A stretch of DNA of 64,000 bases from assembly GCA_963668645.2 (NCBI GenBank), contig CAXXWC010000022.1:81816-145815 (forward strand). The letters run 5' to 3'. A program made the translations under genes and the position numbers. Below, piece after piece: positions 1 to 9,684 of the stretch. The stretch comes from Desulfobacterales bacterium (GTDB taxonomy: Bacteria > Desulfobacterota > Desulfobacteria > Desulfobacterales > UBA2174). Each line of letters begins with the position of its first letter. Position 1 is the stretch's first letter. The notes beneath the pieces are model-generated. The model was given only the letters and a program-made list of their open reading frames with translations. It searched no databases and was not told where the DNA came from.

Positions 1-81
1 CTTGGCCTTCCGTTAAAGGCGCTGATCTTAGCGGCAGACCCCTTTGAATGAAAAATGCTGATGATGAAAGGAGACCGAAAG

Positions 82-732
82 ATGGAAGAGACAAAAGCCG
101 GAATGCCCCTGCTGGGTGACCTCTTTCCCGAACTGAAGGTTCAGACCACCCACGGGCCGATGCAGCTGCCCGGCGACCTGAAAGGCAAATGGTTCGTATT
201 TTTCAGCCACCCGGCCGATTTCACACCTGTGTGCACGACGGAATTCGTGGCCTTTCAAAAACGCTACGAGCAGTTCCAGGCCCTTGGCTGTGAATTGGTC
301 GGGATGTCGATCGATCAGGTTTTTTCCCATATCAAATGGGTCCAGTGGATCAAAACAGCCCTGGATGTGGAGATCAAGTTTCCCATCGTCGCGGCCAACG
401 ATGCCGTGGCCATGAAGCTCGGGATGCTGCACCCGGGCAAAGGCACCAACACGGTGCGCGCCGTGTTCATCTGCGATCCGCAAGGCAAGGTGCGCCTGAT
501 CATGTACTACCCGCAGGAAATCGGACGCAACATGGATGAAATCCTGCGCGTGGTCAAAGCCTTGCAAGTATCGGACAAGCAGGGGGCCGTGGCGGCCGGA
601 TGGCCGGAAAACGAGCTGATCGGCGACCGGATCATCGTCCCGCCGGCCACCAACGAGGCCGATGCCGCCAAGCGCGCGGATCAATACGAGTGCTATGATT
701 GGTGGTTCTGCCACAAGCCGTTGGAAAAATGA
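82..732 (+). CDS. Peroxiredoxin (Prx6/AhpC-TSA family)
   Basis: [15 protein letters not shown] peroxidatic motif and YYPQEIGRN; start placed at MEETK after GGAG. Confidence 0.93.
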   Translation: MEETKAGMPLLGDLFPELKVQTTHGPMQLPGDLKGKWFVFFSHPADFTPVCTTEFVAFQKRYEQFQALGCELVGMSIDQVFSHIKWVQWIKTALDVEIKFPIVAANDAVAMKLGMLHPGKGTNTVRAVFICDPQGKVRLIMYYPQEIGRNMDEILRVVKALQVSDKQGAVAAGWPENELIGDRIIVPPATNEADAAKRADQYECYDWWFCHKPLEK

Positions 733-788
733 GCCGTCCGGCACCGGCCGGACCCGACACCACGAAGCATCAAAAGGAGGATCCCAAG

Positions 789-998
789 ATGAAATACGGC
801 GCCAGAAACCAAATCCGGGCCAAGGTGGAATCCATCCAGAGCGGCGAGATCATGTCCCTTGTCAAGTGCCGGGTGGAAGACCCTGTGCAGATGGGATCGG
901 TGCTGACCACCGAATCGGTCAAGGAGCTCAATTTGGCCCCCGGTGACGAGGTGCTGCTGGTGATCAAGGCCATTCACGTGCTTCCGGTAAAACCCTAA
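789..998 (+). CDS. TOBE/Mop molybdate-binding protein
   Basis: MKYGARNQ...SVLTTESVKELNLAPGDEVLLVIKA Mop signature; AGGAGG RBS upstream. Confidence 0.88.
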   Translation: MKYGARNQIRAKVESIQSGEIMSLVKCRVEDPVQMGSVLTTESVKELNLAPGDEVLLVIKAIHVLPVKP

Positions 999-1021
999 CC
1001 GAACAGGGGAAGTGACAGCGG

Positions 1022-1774
1022 ATGCGCACGGTGGGAATCGATATCGGCTCGCGCACGATCAAACTGGCCGTTTGGGACGACGGAAAAATTATCGAAACCC
1101 GCCAGGACGATACCGGCTTCGACCCGTTGACCCGGGCACGCAGGCTGCTCCAAGGAGTGGCCTGCGACCGCATCATGGCCACCGGGTACGGCCGCAATCT
1201 GCTGGAAGTCGCCCTGGATGCGCCGACGGTGACCGAAATAAAAGCCCATGCCACCGGCGCCCGCTATCATTTCCCCCAGGCGCGCACCGTGCTGGACATC
1301 GGCGGCCAGGACAGCAAGGCCATCGCCCTGAATGTCCAAGGCAAGGTGGTCAAGTTCGAAATGAACGACCGCTGCGCCGCCGGAACCGGCAAGTTTCTCG
1401 AGATCATGGCCAAATCTCTCGGGTTCGAACTGGATGAATTCGGGGACCAGGCGGCCATGGCCGGCAAGGATCTGACCATCAACAGCATGTGCACGGTGTT
1501 CGCCGAATCCGAGGTCACATCCCTGGTGGCCCGGGGCGAGGATCGTAACGAAATCGCCCTGGGCCTCCACAAATCCATCGTCCGGCGGGCCGTCGGAATG
1601 CTCAAACGCGTGCATGAAGGCGGCCCGGTGGTCTTCAGCGGCGGGGTCGCGCACAACCCCTGCATCCGCGACCTCGTCCAGCAAAGCCTGCACCAGGATC
1701 TCCTGGTGGCCGGCGATCCCCAGACGACCGGCGCCATCGGCGCGGCCCTGATCGCCGCCGGCAACGGCGCATAG
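1022..1774 (+). CDS. 2-hydroxyacyl-CoA dehydratase activator-type ATPase (HgdC/BadFG family)
   Basis: GIDIGSRTIK, ATGYGR, LDIGGQDSK, MNDRCAAGTGKFLE and SMCTVFAESE motifs. Confidence 0.92.
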   Translation: MRTVGIDIGSRTIKLAVWDDGKIIETRQDDTGFDPLTRARRLLQGVACDRIMATGYGRNLLEVALDAPTVTEIKAHATGARYHFPQARTVLDIGGQDSKAIALNVQGKVVKFEMNDRCAAGTGKFLEIMAKSLGFELDEFGDQAAMAGKDLTINSMCTVFAESEVTSLVARGEDRNEIALGLHKSIVRRAVGMLKRVHEGGPVVFSGGVAHNPCIRDLVQQSLHQDLLVAGDPQTTGAIGAALIAAGNGA

Positions 1775-2002
1775 TCGATGCCCCCCTTCCCCTTGGGCGT
1801 GATGAGAAACTCCGATTAGATACAAGCAAAAACGGCATCGACATAGCTTTCCAGATCTATCAAGATCCTTGTAAACCCGCTTCAAAAATGATCCAAACCG
1901 ATCGTTCCGGGCCATAAGCCGGTATTGGTTGAACATTGGCCGACAGGGCGCGTCCGTCACCGGTGGAGTCGATTGTTTTCGTCTCTGGACGGGATTTCAT
2001 CG

Positions 2003-2511
2003 TTGCTCCCTTCCGTCATTCCGGGCCTGACCCGGAATCCATGCCTCAAAGCGCTCCAAAATCGGCCCATCATCACCGTGTCGCCGGAAACCTCCATCAG
2101 CACCAAGTCCGAATTCCGCCATTCCAGGAAGCCCATTTTGCTATTTTGAAAAAGCCGTAAAAAATGCCGAATTGCTCCTTTCCGTCATTCCGGACCTGAT
2201 CCGGAATCCATGCCTCAAAGCGCTCCAAAATCAACCGATTATCACCGTGGTACCGGAAACCTCCATCAGCACCAGATCCGAATTCCGCCATTCCAGGGAG
2301 CCCGTTTTATCATTCTGAAAAAGCCGTAAAAAATGCCGAATACCTCCCTTCCGTCATTCCGGGCCTGACCCGGAATCCATTTTTCATAGCGCTCCGGAAT
2401 CGACCGATCATCACCGTGTTGTCACTGGAAACCACCATCAGCACCAGATCCCAATCCCGTCATTCCGGGAAGCCCTCTTTGTCATTCCGAGGAGCCTGCG
2501 ACGAGGAATCC
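2003..2511. repeat. About 2.7 tandem copies of a 169-bp unit carrying REP-like GTCATTCCGG...CCGGAATCC palindromes
   Basis: GTCATTCCGG starts at 2015, 2184 and 2353 (period 169); a variant GTCATTCCGAGGAG...GAGGAATCC lies at 2481-2511. Confidence 0.9.
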
Positions 2512-2559
2512 CAACCTACCCATATCATGTACTCATGAAAAGCCTCACACATCGCTCAG

Positions 2560-2972
2560 AGTCCATCCCGCAAATTATTTTTCCTGACTTATGACCCTTG
2601 AATACACCACCATCAGAAGTTTGGGCCGCTTGCTTCCCCTGACTGTCAATTTTTGGGTTGATTTTCAGGCTTCAAACATGCCTATAAAAATAATCAAGCA
2701 CAGATGGCTTGATTCCGGGTGGATGCCGCTACGTTGCCGGCAACCGCCAGATTGGTCAAGAACCGGTCGATTTTCAGCGCTCATACCCTTGGGGGGCTTT
2801 TTCCATGGAACGGAATATTGCATCTGCCCCAGTCGATGTATGTCTCCTCGTTGTAGATGGCGTAATGTCTGCGCTGGATCGCGTCTCGGATCTGGTCGAG
2901 TTGCTTTTGTGGAGGTCGGTCCCTGGTCGCCTGCTTGTTTGATGCTTGAGCACTGAAACAGGGATGCAGCAT
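2560..2972 (-). pseudogene. intI: Integron integrase N-terminal remnant (frameshifts, stops, catalytic domain missing)
   Basis: Across frames reads KQLDQIRDAIQRRHYAIYNEETYIDW..FHGK / IDRFLTNLAVAGNVAASTRNQAICA*LFL* / SKRPKLLMVVYSR, collinear with the IntI N-terminus (LLDQVR..IR..HYS..TE..Y..W..FHGK..FL..LA....VAASTQNQAL.ALLFLY..AKRPK.LPVVLSR); divergent from the cassettes. Confidence 0.85.
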
Positions 2973-3098
2973 AATATTTGCAACTGATTGTATATATAGA
3001 TTTTTTTCATATTTTTGTTCCATAGACGACTTATTGCATGCCGGATAAACCATTATCCCGGGAGGCGCGGCCTATATCGAAACAGGTGGTTGGCCCAG

Positions 3099-3197
3099 CC
3101 TAACTCGATAAAAGTGGCAACCTAACCTGCCGGTCTGATGGGATATTTGGTCGGGAGCCAGAATTGGTTTGGGAGCCCAAACCAATAATTGTTAGCA
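3099..3197 (+). promoter_or_regulatory. Putative attI region; recombination core GTTAGCA at 3191-3197
   Basis: GTTAGCA is the exact reverse complement of the inverse core TGCTAAC (4164-4170) closing cassette 1; lies between intI and the first cassette; CCTAAC repeated at 3099 and 3121. Confidence 0.7.
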
Positions 3198-3212
3198 GCA
3201 CAAGGAGAGATA

Positions 3213-4160
3213 GTGAGTATCCTTAAAAATGCAATTGACTCAATCGCTATAGGTCTTGAAGACTATGAATCTCCAGATGAAAGAAGAATCATTTCTTCAA
3301 CAAGAAATATTTTTGCTGGGATCCTTCTTCTGTTTAAACATAAACTTTGTGAACTTAGCCCATCAGGTTCTGATGAAGCCCTCATTAAACAGAAAGTGCT
3401 TCCGGCAATAGATGCCACAGGGGCTGTTAATTGGATTGGCAAAGGCAACAAAACTGTTGATGTCCAAAATATTAAAGAACGTTTTAAATCATTAAATATT
3501 GAAGTTGAGTGGGAAAGACTCGAAAGGATAAATAAATATCGTAATGATATAGAGCATTATTATAGCACTCTTAGAACTGAATCTGTTCAACAATTGATAT
3601 CAGATTCATTCATTATTATAAGAGATTTTATATCTGATGAATTAAATGAAGATCCCAAAAAGATACTCGGTGAAGAATCTTGGGCAATACTCGTAGAAGT
3701 CAATGAAGTTTATGAAAAAGAAAAGTTAGAGTGTAATACATCTATAGAACGACTTGAATATTATAGTAGTGAAATTGCCAATGCCTTTATAGCCTTTCAA
3801 TGCAGCGAATGTGGCTCTGACCTTATAGAATCAACTAAAAATGGTGGTGATGCATTAGAGTCGAGTTTTTGCTGCCGTTCATGTGGCCATACAGAGGCTT
3901 ATGAGGAGATTGTCAGGCAGGCTGTTTCTGACTATTATGCTGGAGAAGTTTATCTGTCTTTTACTGATGGTGGTGATATCCCAATTATTGATTGTCCTGA
4001 GTGCAATGGAATCTATCTATATAATGAAGGTATTTGTTCTTCTTGCGGGTATACAGCTGAACATACTTGTCAAAGGTGCGGTTCGTCAATAATGCCGGAA
4101 GAGTTATCCGAAGAACCGTTTTGTGGCTACTGTTCACATATGATGTCGAAAGATGATTGA
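3213..4160 (+). CDS. Cassette 1: HEPN-like (RNDIEH) protein with C-terminal multi-CxxC zinc-ribbon region
   Basis: AGGAG RBS then GTG at 3213; RxxxxH motif; six CxxC pairs (CSEC, CRSC, CPEC, CSSC, CQRC, CGYC). Confidence 0.7.
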   Translation: MSILKNAIDSIAIGLEDYESPDERRIISSTRNIFAGILLLFKHKLCELSPSGSDEALIKQKVLPAIDATGAVNWIGKGNKTVDVQNIKERFKSLNIEVEWERLERINKYRNDIEHYYSTLRTESVQQLISDSFIIIRDFISDELNEDPKKILGEESWAILVEVNEVYEKEKLECNTSIERLEYYSSEIANAFIAFQCSECGSDLIESTKNGGDALESSFCCRSCGHTEAYEEIVRQAVSDYYAGEVYLSFTDGGDIPIIDCPECNGIYLYNEGICSSCGYTAEHTCQRCGSSIMPEELSEEPFCGYCSHMMSKDD

Positions 4161-4163
4161 TGC

Positions 4164-4223
4164 TGCTAACAAGGCTACTGCAGCCGACGCAAAAAGCCGC
4201 GCGGCTGAGTAGCAGCGTTAGCC
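4164..4223 (+). other. attC site 1
   Basis: TGCTAAC...CAGCCG...CGGCTG...GTTAGCC imperfect palindrome directly after the cassette 1 stop. Confidence 0.92.
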
Positions 4224-4283
4224 GGGGATAATGACAAGAAGCAATTTACAGAAAACTTAAACACTGACAGAAGGCTTCATATC

Positions 4284-4544
4284 ATGAATCAAAATGAAAA
4301 ACCGCCAATAGAGGCTGGTGATGTCCGAATTGGAGAGGGCAATCCAACCCCTTTTCTGATTATCAATTTTTCTGCTAAAGAGCCTAAAAGACGCATTTCG
4401 TTAGTTGTAAATGCAATTGAAGAACTTTATAGGGCACTTGGTGGAGGTCGATTAGAAAGGGATCTAATTATAGAATCTGATGGAATTCAAATGTTGTTTG
4501 AATCAAAGGTAGCCAATAATGGAAAAAAACAAACAGCATCTTGA
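4284..4544 (+). CDS. Cassette 2, gene A: hypothetical protein
   Basis: 86-aa ORF between attC1 and attC2; no recognised motif. Confidence 0.55.
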   Translation: MNQNEKPPIEAGDVRIGEGNPTPFLIINFSAKEPKRRISLVVNAIEELYRALGGGRLERDLIIESDGIQMLFESKVANNGKKQTAS

Positions 4545-4956
4545 ACGCCAATTCGTTCGTTTAATTGAAAAAGATCCAAGATGGGAGAGGCTCTCAGAAG
4601 ATTTGTTTACCTTAATTGAGGGATTGGTTAAGTCAGTCTCAAAAAATAGCGATTCAAATGAAGGGAGAAAGGTCTCTTCGGCAGAGGCGGCGTTTAGCAT
4701 TGCATCTGACTGGGCTAAAGCGAAAGTTGACAAGCCAATACTTGAAACTGAAAAACTAAAAGCAGAGATTCGTCGAATTCACTCTGAAGCTGAGACTAAC
4801 GAAGCCCAGGCTGAAGCAACTCGTCTTGAAAACTCACTGAAAAAACTTGAATTCGCAATAAAGTCTCTTGAATATGCCGAGAAGGTTACGTTAGTTAGGG
4901 AAAAACAAGGTGGTGCGAAATTTACCTTAGCTGATTATTCTGATCCAGAAGATTGA
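4519..4956 (+). CDS. Cassette 2, gene B: hypothetical coiled-coil protein
   Basis: 145-aa ORF overlapping gene A by 26 nt; E/K/A-rich helical C-terminal half. Confidence 0.65.
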   Translation: MEKNKQHLERQFVRLIEKDPRWERLSEDLFTLIEGLVKSVSKNSDSNEGRKVSSAEAAFSIASDWAKAKVDKPILETEKLKAEIRRIHSEAETNEAQAEATRLENSLKKLEFAIKSLEYAEKVTLVREKQGGAKFTLADYSDPED

Positions 4957-4995
4957 GAAGAATATTGTAGGAACTGATATTAAAAAAATTTGGCT

Positions 4996-6930
4996 ATCGG
5001 GATAGGGAGTGACCTCACGGCCACCCCCTCCCACACCACCCGGCATACGGATCGCGTACCAAGGCGGTTCGGCTGATCAGGAAGGTTAATTTCCGGGAAG
5101 GTATAATCCTTTTTCGATGAAATAGCGCTCCGGCATTGCGATGACGACCCACTTGACCTTGCTCATCCGCCAGTGTTTCTTGCGGGCATTCCCGCAGGTC
5201 ATGGCATGCGCGTGGTCGATACCGAGCTTTTCGAGATTGTGTACTTTGGTTCTCGGGTTCTTCCACTGTTTCCAGACGAGACAGCGAAGCCGCCTGATGG
5301 TCCAGGTTTTCAGTGCTTTCAGGATGTGCCTGGCTTCGGCGAGGCGGAAGTAATTCCACCACCCTCTGAGGTACATGTTCAGCTCTTTGACAACCTGGTG
5401 CAGACTTTTCCCACAGTTCCGGTCCGTCAGTTCCCGGACCCGACGCTTGAACCGCTCAGTGGTTTTGGCGTGGATTCGGATTTTCGACTGGCCGTACATG
5501 TGGAAAAACGTAAATCCGAGGAACTTGCGCAACCACGGACGACTGACAGCGCTTTTCTCCTCGTTTACCTTGAGCCTGAGTCTGACGGTCAAGAACCTGG
5601 TGATGCTCGCGTACACCCGCTCGGCCGCTTTAAGGCTTTTGCAGTAGATCCTGAAGTCGTCGGCGTATCTGACGAATTTGTGCCCTCTGGCTTCCAATTC
5701 CTTATCCAGTTCGTCCAGGACGACATTGGAAAGTAGTGGTGACAGCGGTCCGCCCTGGGGCGTGCCTTCGTCAGTATAGATCACCACACCGTTGATCATC
5801 GTTCCGGCGTTCAGGTACCCGCGGATCAACTTCAGTACACGTTTGTCCGCCATCCTGGACGCCAGCCGACTCATCAGCCGGTCGTGGTTGACCCGGTCGA
5901 AGAACTTCGACAGATCCATGTCGACAACGTAGGTATATCCATCCAGCAGGTATTGCTTGGACTGCAGGAGCGCATCGTGGGCCGATCTTCCAGGTCTGAA
6001 TCCATAGCTGAACTCGGAAAAGATCGGATCCCAGATCTGCCCCACCATCTGGGCAATGGCCTGTTGGATGACCCTGTCCAGCACGGTTGGAATCCCGAGC
6101 AGGCGAACCCCGCCGTCCGGTTTGTCGATCTCCTTTCGCCTCACCGGCAAGGGTTGGTAGCTCCCATCGAGCAATGCCGCCCTGATTTTCGGCCAGTGCC
6201 GCCTCAGGTAGACTCCGATCTGATCGACGGTAATCTTGTCAATGCCCGGAGCGCCCTTGTTGGCACAAACCTGTTTCAGGGCCATGAACATATTCCGGCG
6301 GTCAAGGATCATTTCCAGCAGCCGGTCATTTCCTCCCAGACTTTCGGACATCTGCGACGCTATGAACATTTCCATCTGCTGAGGCCTTATGTTCATAAGT
6401 ACGCACCTCCTACTGGTCAGTATCATTTACCCAAACCATTCGGCTGGGTACCGTTCGGGCCTTCGTCGGGGTGAGACTTCCGGGTATTCTTCTCCCTTTA
6501 TTTGGGAGGCCCGGCTCGTTTCCACCGGCTACTATGCCCTCTGCTGACTTCTGCCTCGCGGTAGCCTCCCCTTACGGTTTGGTCAGTCCGCCGAAACGGA
6601 CGGCAAGGCAGCTCTCCCGGGGTGAACACGCATCTTTCCGCACGTGAACGCCGAGTATACGTCCTTGGCCTATGATGGATAGAGGACTTCGCCTTGTGTT
6701 GCAGGCTCGTCCCACCAAGACCGCCTGACTCGATTCTTGTTCATCGCCCCGTGCGTTCGCGGTACCCTGCCGCAGCAGGGCGGCCTCCTTCCCAGACCCC
6801 GTCGCCGGAAGCCCGGTTGCCATACCGCTATGCCCTTCGCCTCCACCTGGCTGGGCTTGGGACTTGCTGAGGCCGCAGATATCGGGTAAGCTCAGCGCAC
6901 CCTTGAGAATACGTGCCGTGCCCGGCACAC
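4996..6930 (-). mobile_element. Intact group IIC intron inserted in the inverse core of attC2
   Basis: 5' GTGTG at 6930; domain V GAACCGCC...GGTGGTGTGGGAGG and domain VI ending CCCGAT at 4996; removing it restores GGCT|AAC. Confidence 0.93.
5086..6396 (-). CDS. ltrA: Group II intron reverse transcriptase/maturase (class C, no endonuclease domain)
   Basis: NKGAPGID, RLLGIPTVLDR, GTPQGGPLSPLLSN, RYADD and X domain; AGGAGG RBS before ATG at 6396. Confidence 0.95.
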   Translation of the reverse strand: MNIRPQQMEMFIASQMSESLGGNDRLLEMILDRRNMFMALKQVCANKGAPGIDKITVDQIGVYLRRHWPKIRAALLDGSYQPLPVRRKEIDKPDGGVRLLGIPTVLDRVIQQAIAQMVGQIWDPIFSEFSYGFRPGRSAHDALLQSKQYLLDGYTYVVDMDLSKFFDRVNHDRLMSRLASRMADKRVLKLIRGYLNAGTMINGVVIYTDEGTPQGGPLSPLLSNVVLDELDKELEARGHKFVRYADDFRIYCKSLKAAERVYASITRFLTVRLRLKVNEEKSAVSRPWLRKFLGFTFFHMYGQSKIRIHAKTTERFKRRVRELTDRNCGKSLHQVVKELNMYLRGWWNYFRLAEARHILKALKTWTIRRLRCLVWKQWKNPRTKVHNLEKLGIDHAHAMTCGNARKKHWRMSKVKWVVIAMPERYFIEKGLYLPGN

Positions 6931-6985
6931 AACCACTGCTTCCAGCCGACGCTCGTACCTCGCGCGGCTGAAGCATACGTTAGGC
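6931..6985 (+). other. attC site 2 (main part; GGCT of the inverse core lies at 4992-4995)
   Basis: AAC...TGCTTCCAGCCG...CGGCTGAAGCA...GTTAGGC; restored GGCTAAC matches cassette 2 start GTTAGCC. Confidence 0.9.
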
Positions 6986-6996
6986 ATTAACGAACT

Positions 6997-7503
6997 ATGT
7001 GTACAACTACAACATCACCAGGCTCACTGTCAGATATCGAGAAGGCCAGATTAGACCACCTCAAACTTCAATACGAAGAAGGGGCACGGATCATTCGCTA
7101 CTATATCGAATGTCGTTATAAGATATTGCAGTTTGTTGGGTATTTTAACGCTGCAATCTTAACCTTTGGGTTCAGCCAAAATGTACTTCTTTCTTCCGAG
7201 AAGGCATTCGCTGGTTTGTGCGTATGTTTCCTTGCCATCTTTGTAGCATTGATGGGATTCGCAACAGAATACTCAGTTACATCATATATTTATGGCTATT
7301 TTGAAGCTTTGAGAGAAACCGAAAAGTCCTATACAACTATTCTGGGTTCTGCTATCCCAACAGGAATAATTACGCACAGCAGGACAACCATTTTGAAAAG
7401 TAAAATTCACAAGATTCTACCAGTGCACCGTGCACACAAAATATTCTATAGTCTGCTGCTTGTGTTTTGGGCTATTCTCACTGCCTTACAGGCAACTTTA
7501 TAA
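6997..7503 (+). CDS. Cassette 3: small membrane protein (about 3 hydrophobic segments)
   Basis: 168-aa ORF filling the cassette between attC2 and attC3. Confidence 0.75.
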   Translation: MCTTTTSPGSLSDIEKARLDHLKLQYEEGARIIRYYIECRYKILQFVGYFNAAILTFGFSQNVLLSSEKAFAGLCVCFLAIFVALMGFATEYSVTSYIYGYFEALRETEKSYTTILGSAIPTGIITHSRTTILKSKIHKILPVHRAHKIFYSLLLVFWAILTALQATL

Positions 7504-7513
7504 TTTAAACACG

Positions 7514-7575
7514 GCCTAACATGCTGGTGCTAGGGACCGCTCGTACCTCGCGGCCTCAGACCAGCGGCGTTAGCC
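7514..7575 (+). other. attC site 3
   Basis: GCCTAAC...GCTGGT...ACCAGC...GTTAGCC; inverse core matches cassette start GTTAGGC. Confidence 0.9.
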
Positions 7576-7788
7576 CTTGGAAAACACTATGAGAACTGAA
7601 GATTTTTTCAAATTATCAATGGAGCAATTATTGGGGCTCGAAAAAACAGAAGTCGATAAATATTTCAAAAAATTTAGAAGAAACTTCAAAAATATACCAA
7701 GTGTTTTAGAGTCATTAGACAAAAATATAACAGACAATAATGGAGCCCCACTAACGACAAAAGAAATTAATGCAGATGTTGAAATATT

Positions 7789-9684
7789 GACAAGCTCGTA
7801 AAAAGTCATCGTTCGAATCAAGCCACGTTATGAGCATATGACCGTAACATGGGCTCCCCGGCGACCCAACCGTCGATCGAACGGAAAATGCCGCCGATTC
7901 GCTCTTTGAAAAGCCGAAAAACACGACAAACACCCTGGTTCCGGTCTGTTTTGGCCCCGCAGGCCCGCATCCGGGCCTGCCTGGCCGCTACTGCCCGCAT
8001 GATGTTGAGCGCCGTGGCCTTCATCACCGCGGCATAGTGTACGGCCTTTCGGCCTCTGACCCTCAAGCGTTTAACTCCCGTAAGTCGATCATACTGGCTC
8101 ATGGTCGCCTCAACCCCGGCGCGTCACCGGTACTTTTGCCTGAATTGTTCACTGCGTTCATACTGGCGCCGTTTGGCGATGCGAAGATTTTTTTCAGTGT
8201 AGTTCAGGCAGAAAAACTTGGCCTTCCTTTTCACGACACAGTCGGATACCAGCAGGCATTTTTCGCAAAGATCAATTTCAAAACCCTGGGTGTAACGATC
8301 CTTCTTTTTCTTTCGCAAAGCCGGTTCGTGGCCGGCCGGGCATTTGTCCACATGTCCGTTGGCAAGAAACTGAAAGTCGCTCAGGTTACCCGATTCACGT
8401 TTCTCGACCCCCATGGCAGGGCTGATCACCTCGACACCCAACTCGGCGGCCTGCTGGCAATTTTCATCCGAACCGTAAAGGGAATCGGCCTGCACCTGCT
8501 CGGGCGCCAGACCCGTTTCCAAGGTCGCCTGGATGGCGGGCAACAGCGCCTGCGCATCGCTGCGGCAAGCCGGTTCCACCTCGACGTGGGTGATCAGATT
8601 CAACTGGCCAGGATCCTTGGCTGCACTTTCGTGCTCGCTGTAGGTCTCCATGATTTGAACCTGGTAGCCCTGGCCTTTGTGGCCGCTGTAAGCCGCATCC
8701 GGATCGGACGGGTTTTGCAGCGAATCGGAACGGATCTGTTTGGGCGCCTTGACCTCGACGGTGCCATCGTCATGCACATCCAACTGGTCTTTGACAATCC
8801 GGCAAAGCAGCTTGTAGCTGTTCATGTCGGCCACCTGCCGGTTGGCGGCAAACTGGGTTGCCAGCCGGTACAGGTCGCCGGCGACATCGGACAACACCCT
8901 TTTGGACTCCGACGGCTTGACTCCGGCAAAACACTGCCTGGCCTTTTCGCCATGATAACGCTGGATCAGTTCCTCATCGATCCGGCCGTACAGGATCGGG
9001 TGGTGGCGTTTGAGGTTGACCAGGAATCGATCGATGCCTTTGACGAAAATCCCGATGCGCCCGAGACGGGCCATGTTGGAACGGATGTGAACCGAATCCT
9101 GGCGCTGAAGACGAGTATCGACCTTGAACATTTCGGCCAGTTTGACCGCCACGGTATCGAACAGATCGTTTTCCAGTCTCAGCTCGGTGGCCAGAATACG
9201 CATGGTCCACAGGGTTTTGGGGCAGATGTACTTGGCCTCGTCGCTTTCTTCATACAGGTCCAGCGCATAGTGCCATTGGAGGTTGAACGCCAGTTGTTCG
9301 CATGCTTCACGGTCCGTTAGGTCGAAAGTCTGCTGTAAGGACAGCGCACCGAGAACGGTATTCAGTTCCTTGGTCGGTCGGCCCTGATCGCTGGGAAAAA
9401 GCAAAGCGAGTTTTTCGACGGGAAGTTCGTCGAGAATGTGATTGTGGAAAAACCCGGGCCATCCCTGTTCGAGGATCTCGCGGCGTTTAGGACTGAGAAA
9501 CTGCCACGGGTCGAACAAATGTTGTTGTTTTCGGTCTTTTATTCGAAGCATGGCTTCCTCATGGCAAACTATCGGATTTATTAAATAATGTTGCCATAAA
9601 GAGCTGATTTTGTCAACAGGTTTCAAATATTTTTATGCCGATTTTTCAGCATGTTAGACAGCGGGGACTTTTTACGAAGGCATC
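7789..9684 (-). mobile_element. Insertion sequence (IS1182/IS5-like DDE), 1896 bp, 6-bp target duplication
   Basis: IRs GACAAGCTCGTAAAAAGTC / GACTTTTTACGAAGGCATC; AATATT at 7783-7788 and 9685-9690. Confidence 0.9.
7818..9551 (-). pseudogene. DDE transposase with in-frame TGA
   Basis: GRPTKEL, QDSVHIRSNM, SDPDAAY and ADSLYGS motifs; KYR*RAGVEATMS with TGA at 8124-8126, and the frame continues to 7818. Confidence 0.85.

Noticed and set aside
2003..2511. CRISPR array
   Set aside because: Sequence between the palindromes is itself repeated (169-bp period), so there are no unique spacers, and no cas genes are present.
5086..6396. Retron, DGR or other defence RT
   Set aside because: Has a maturase X domain and intron domain V/VI plus a GUGYG 5' end; no template/variable repeat or msr-msd seen.
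8124..8126. Selenocysteine read-through of the transposase TGA
   Set aside because: The YR*RAG context fits a TGG-to-TGA nonsense change; transposases are not known selenoproteins and I saw no SECIS.
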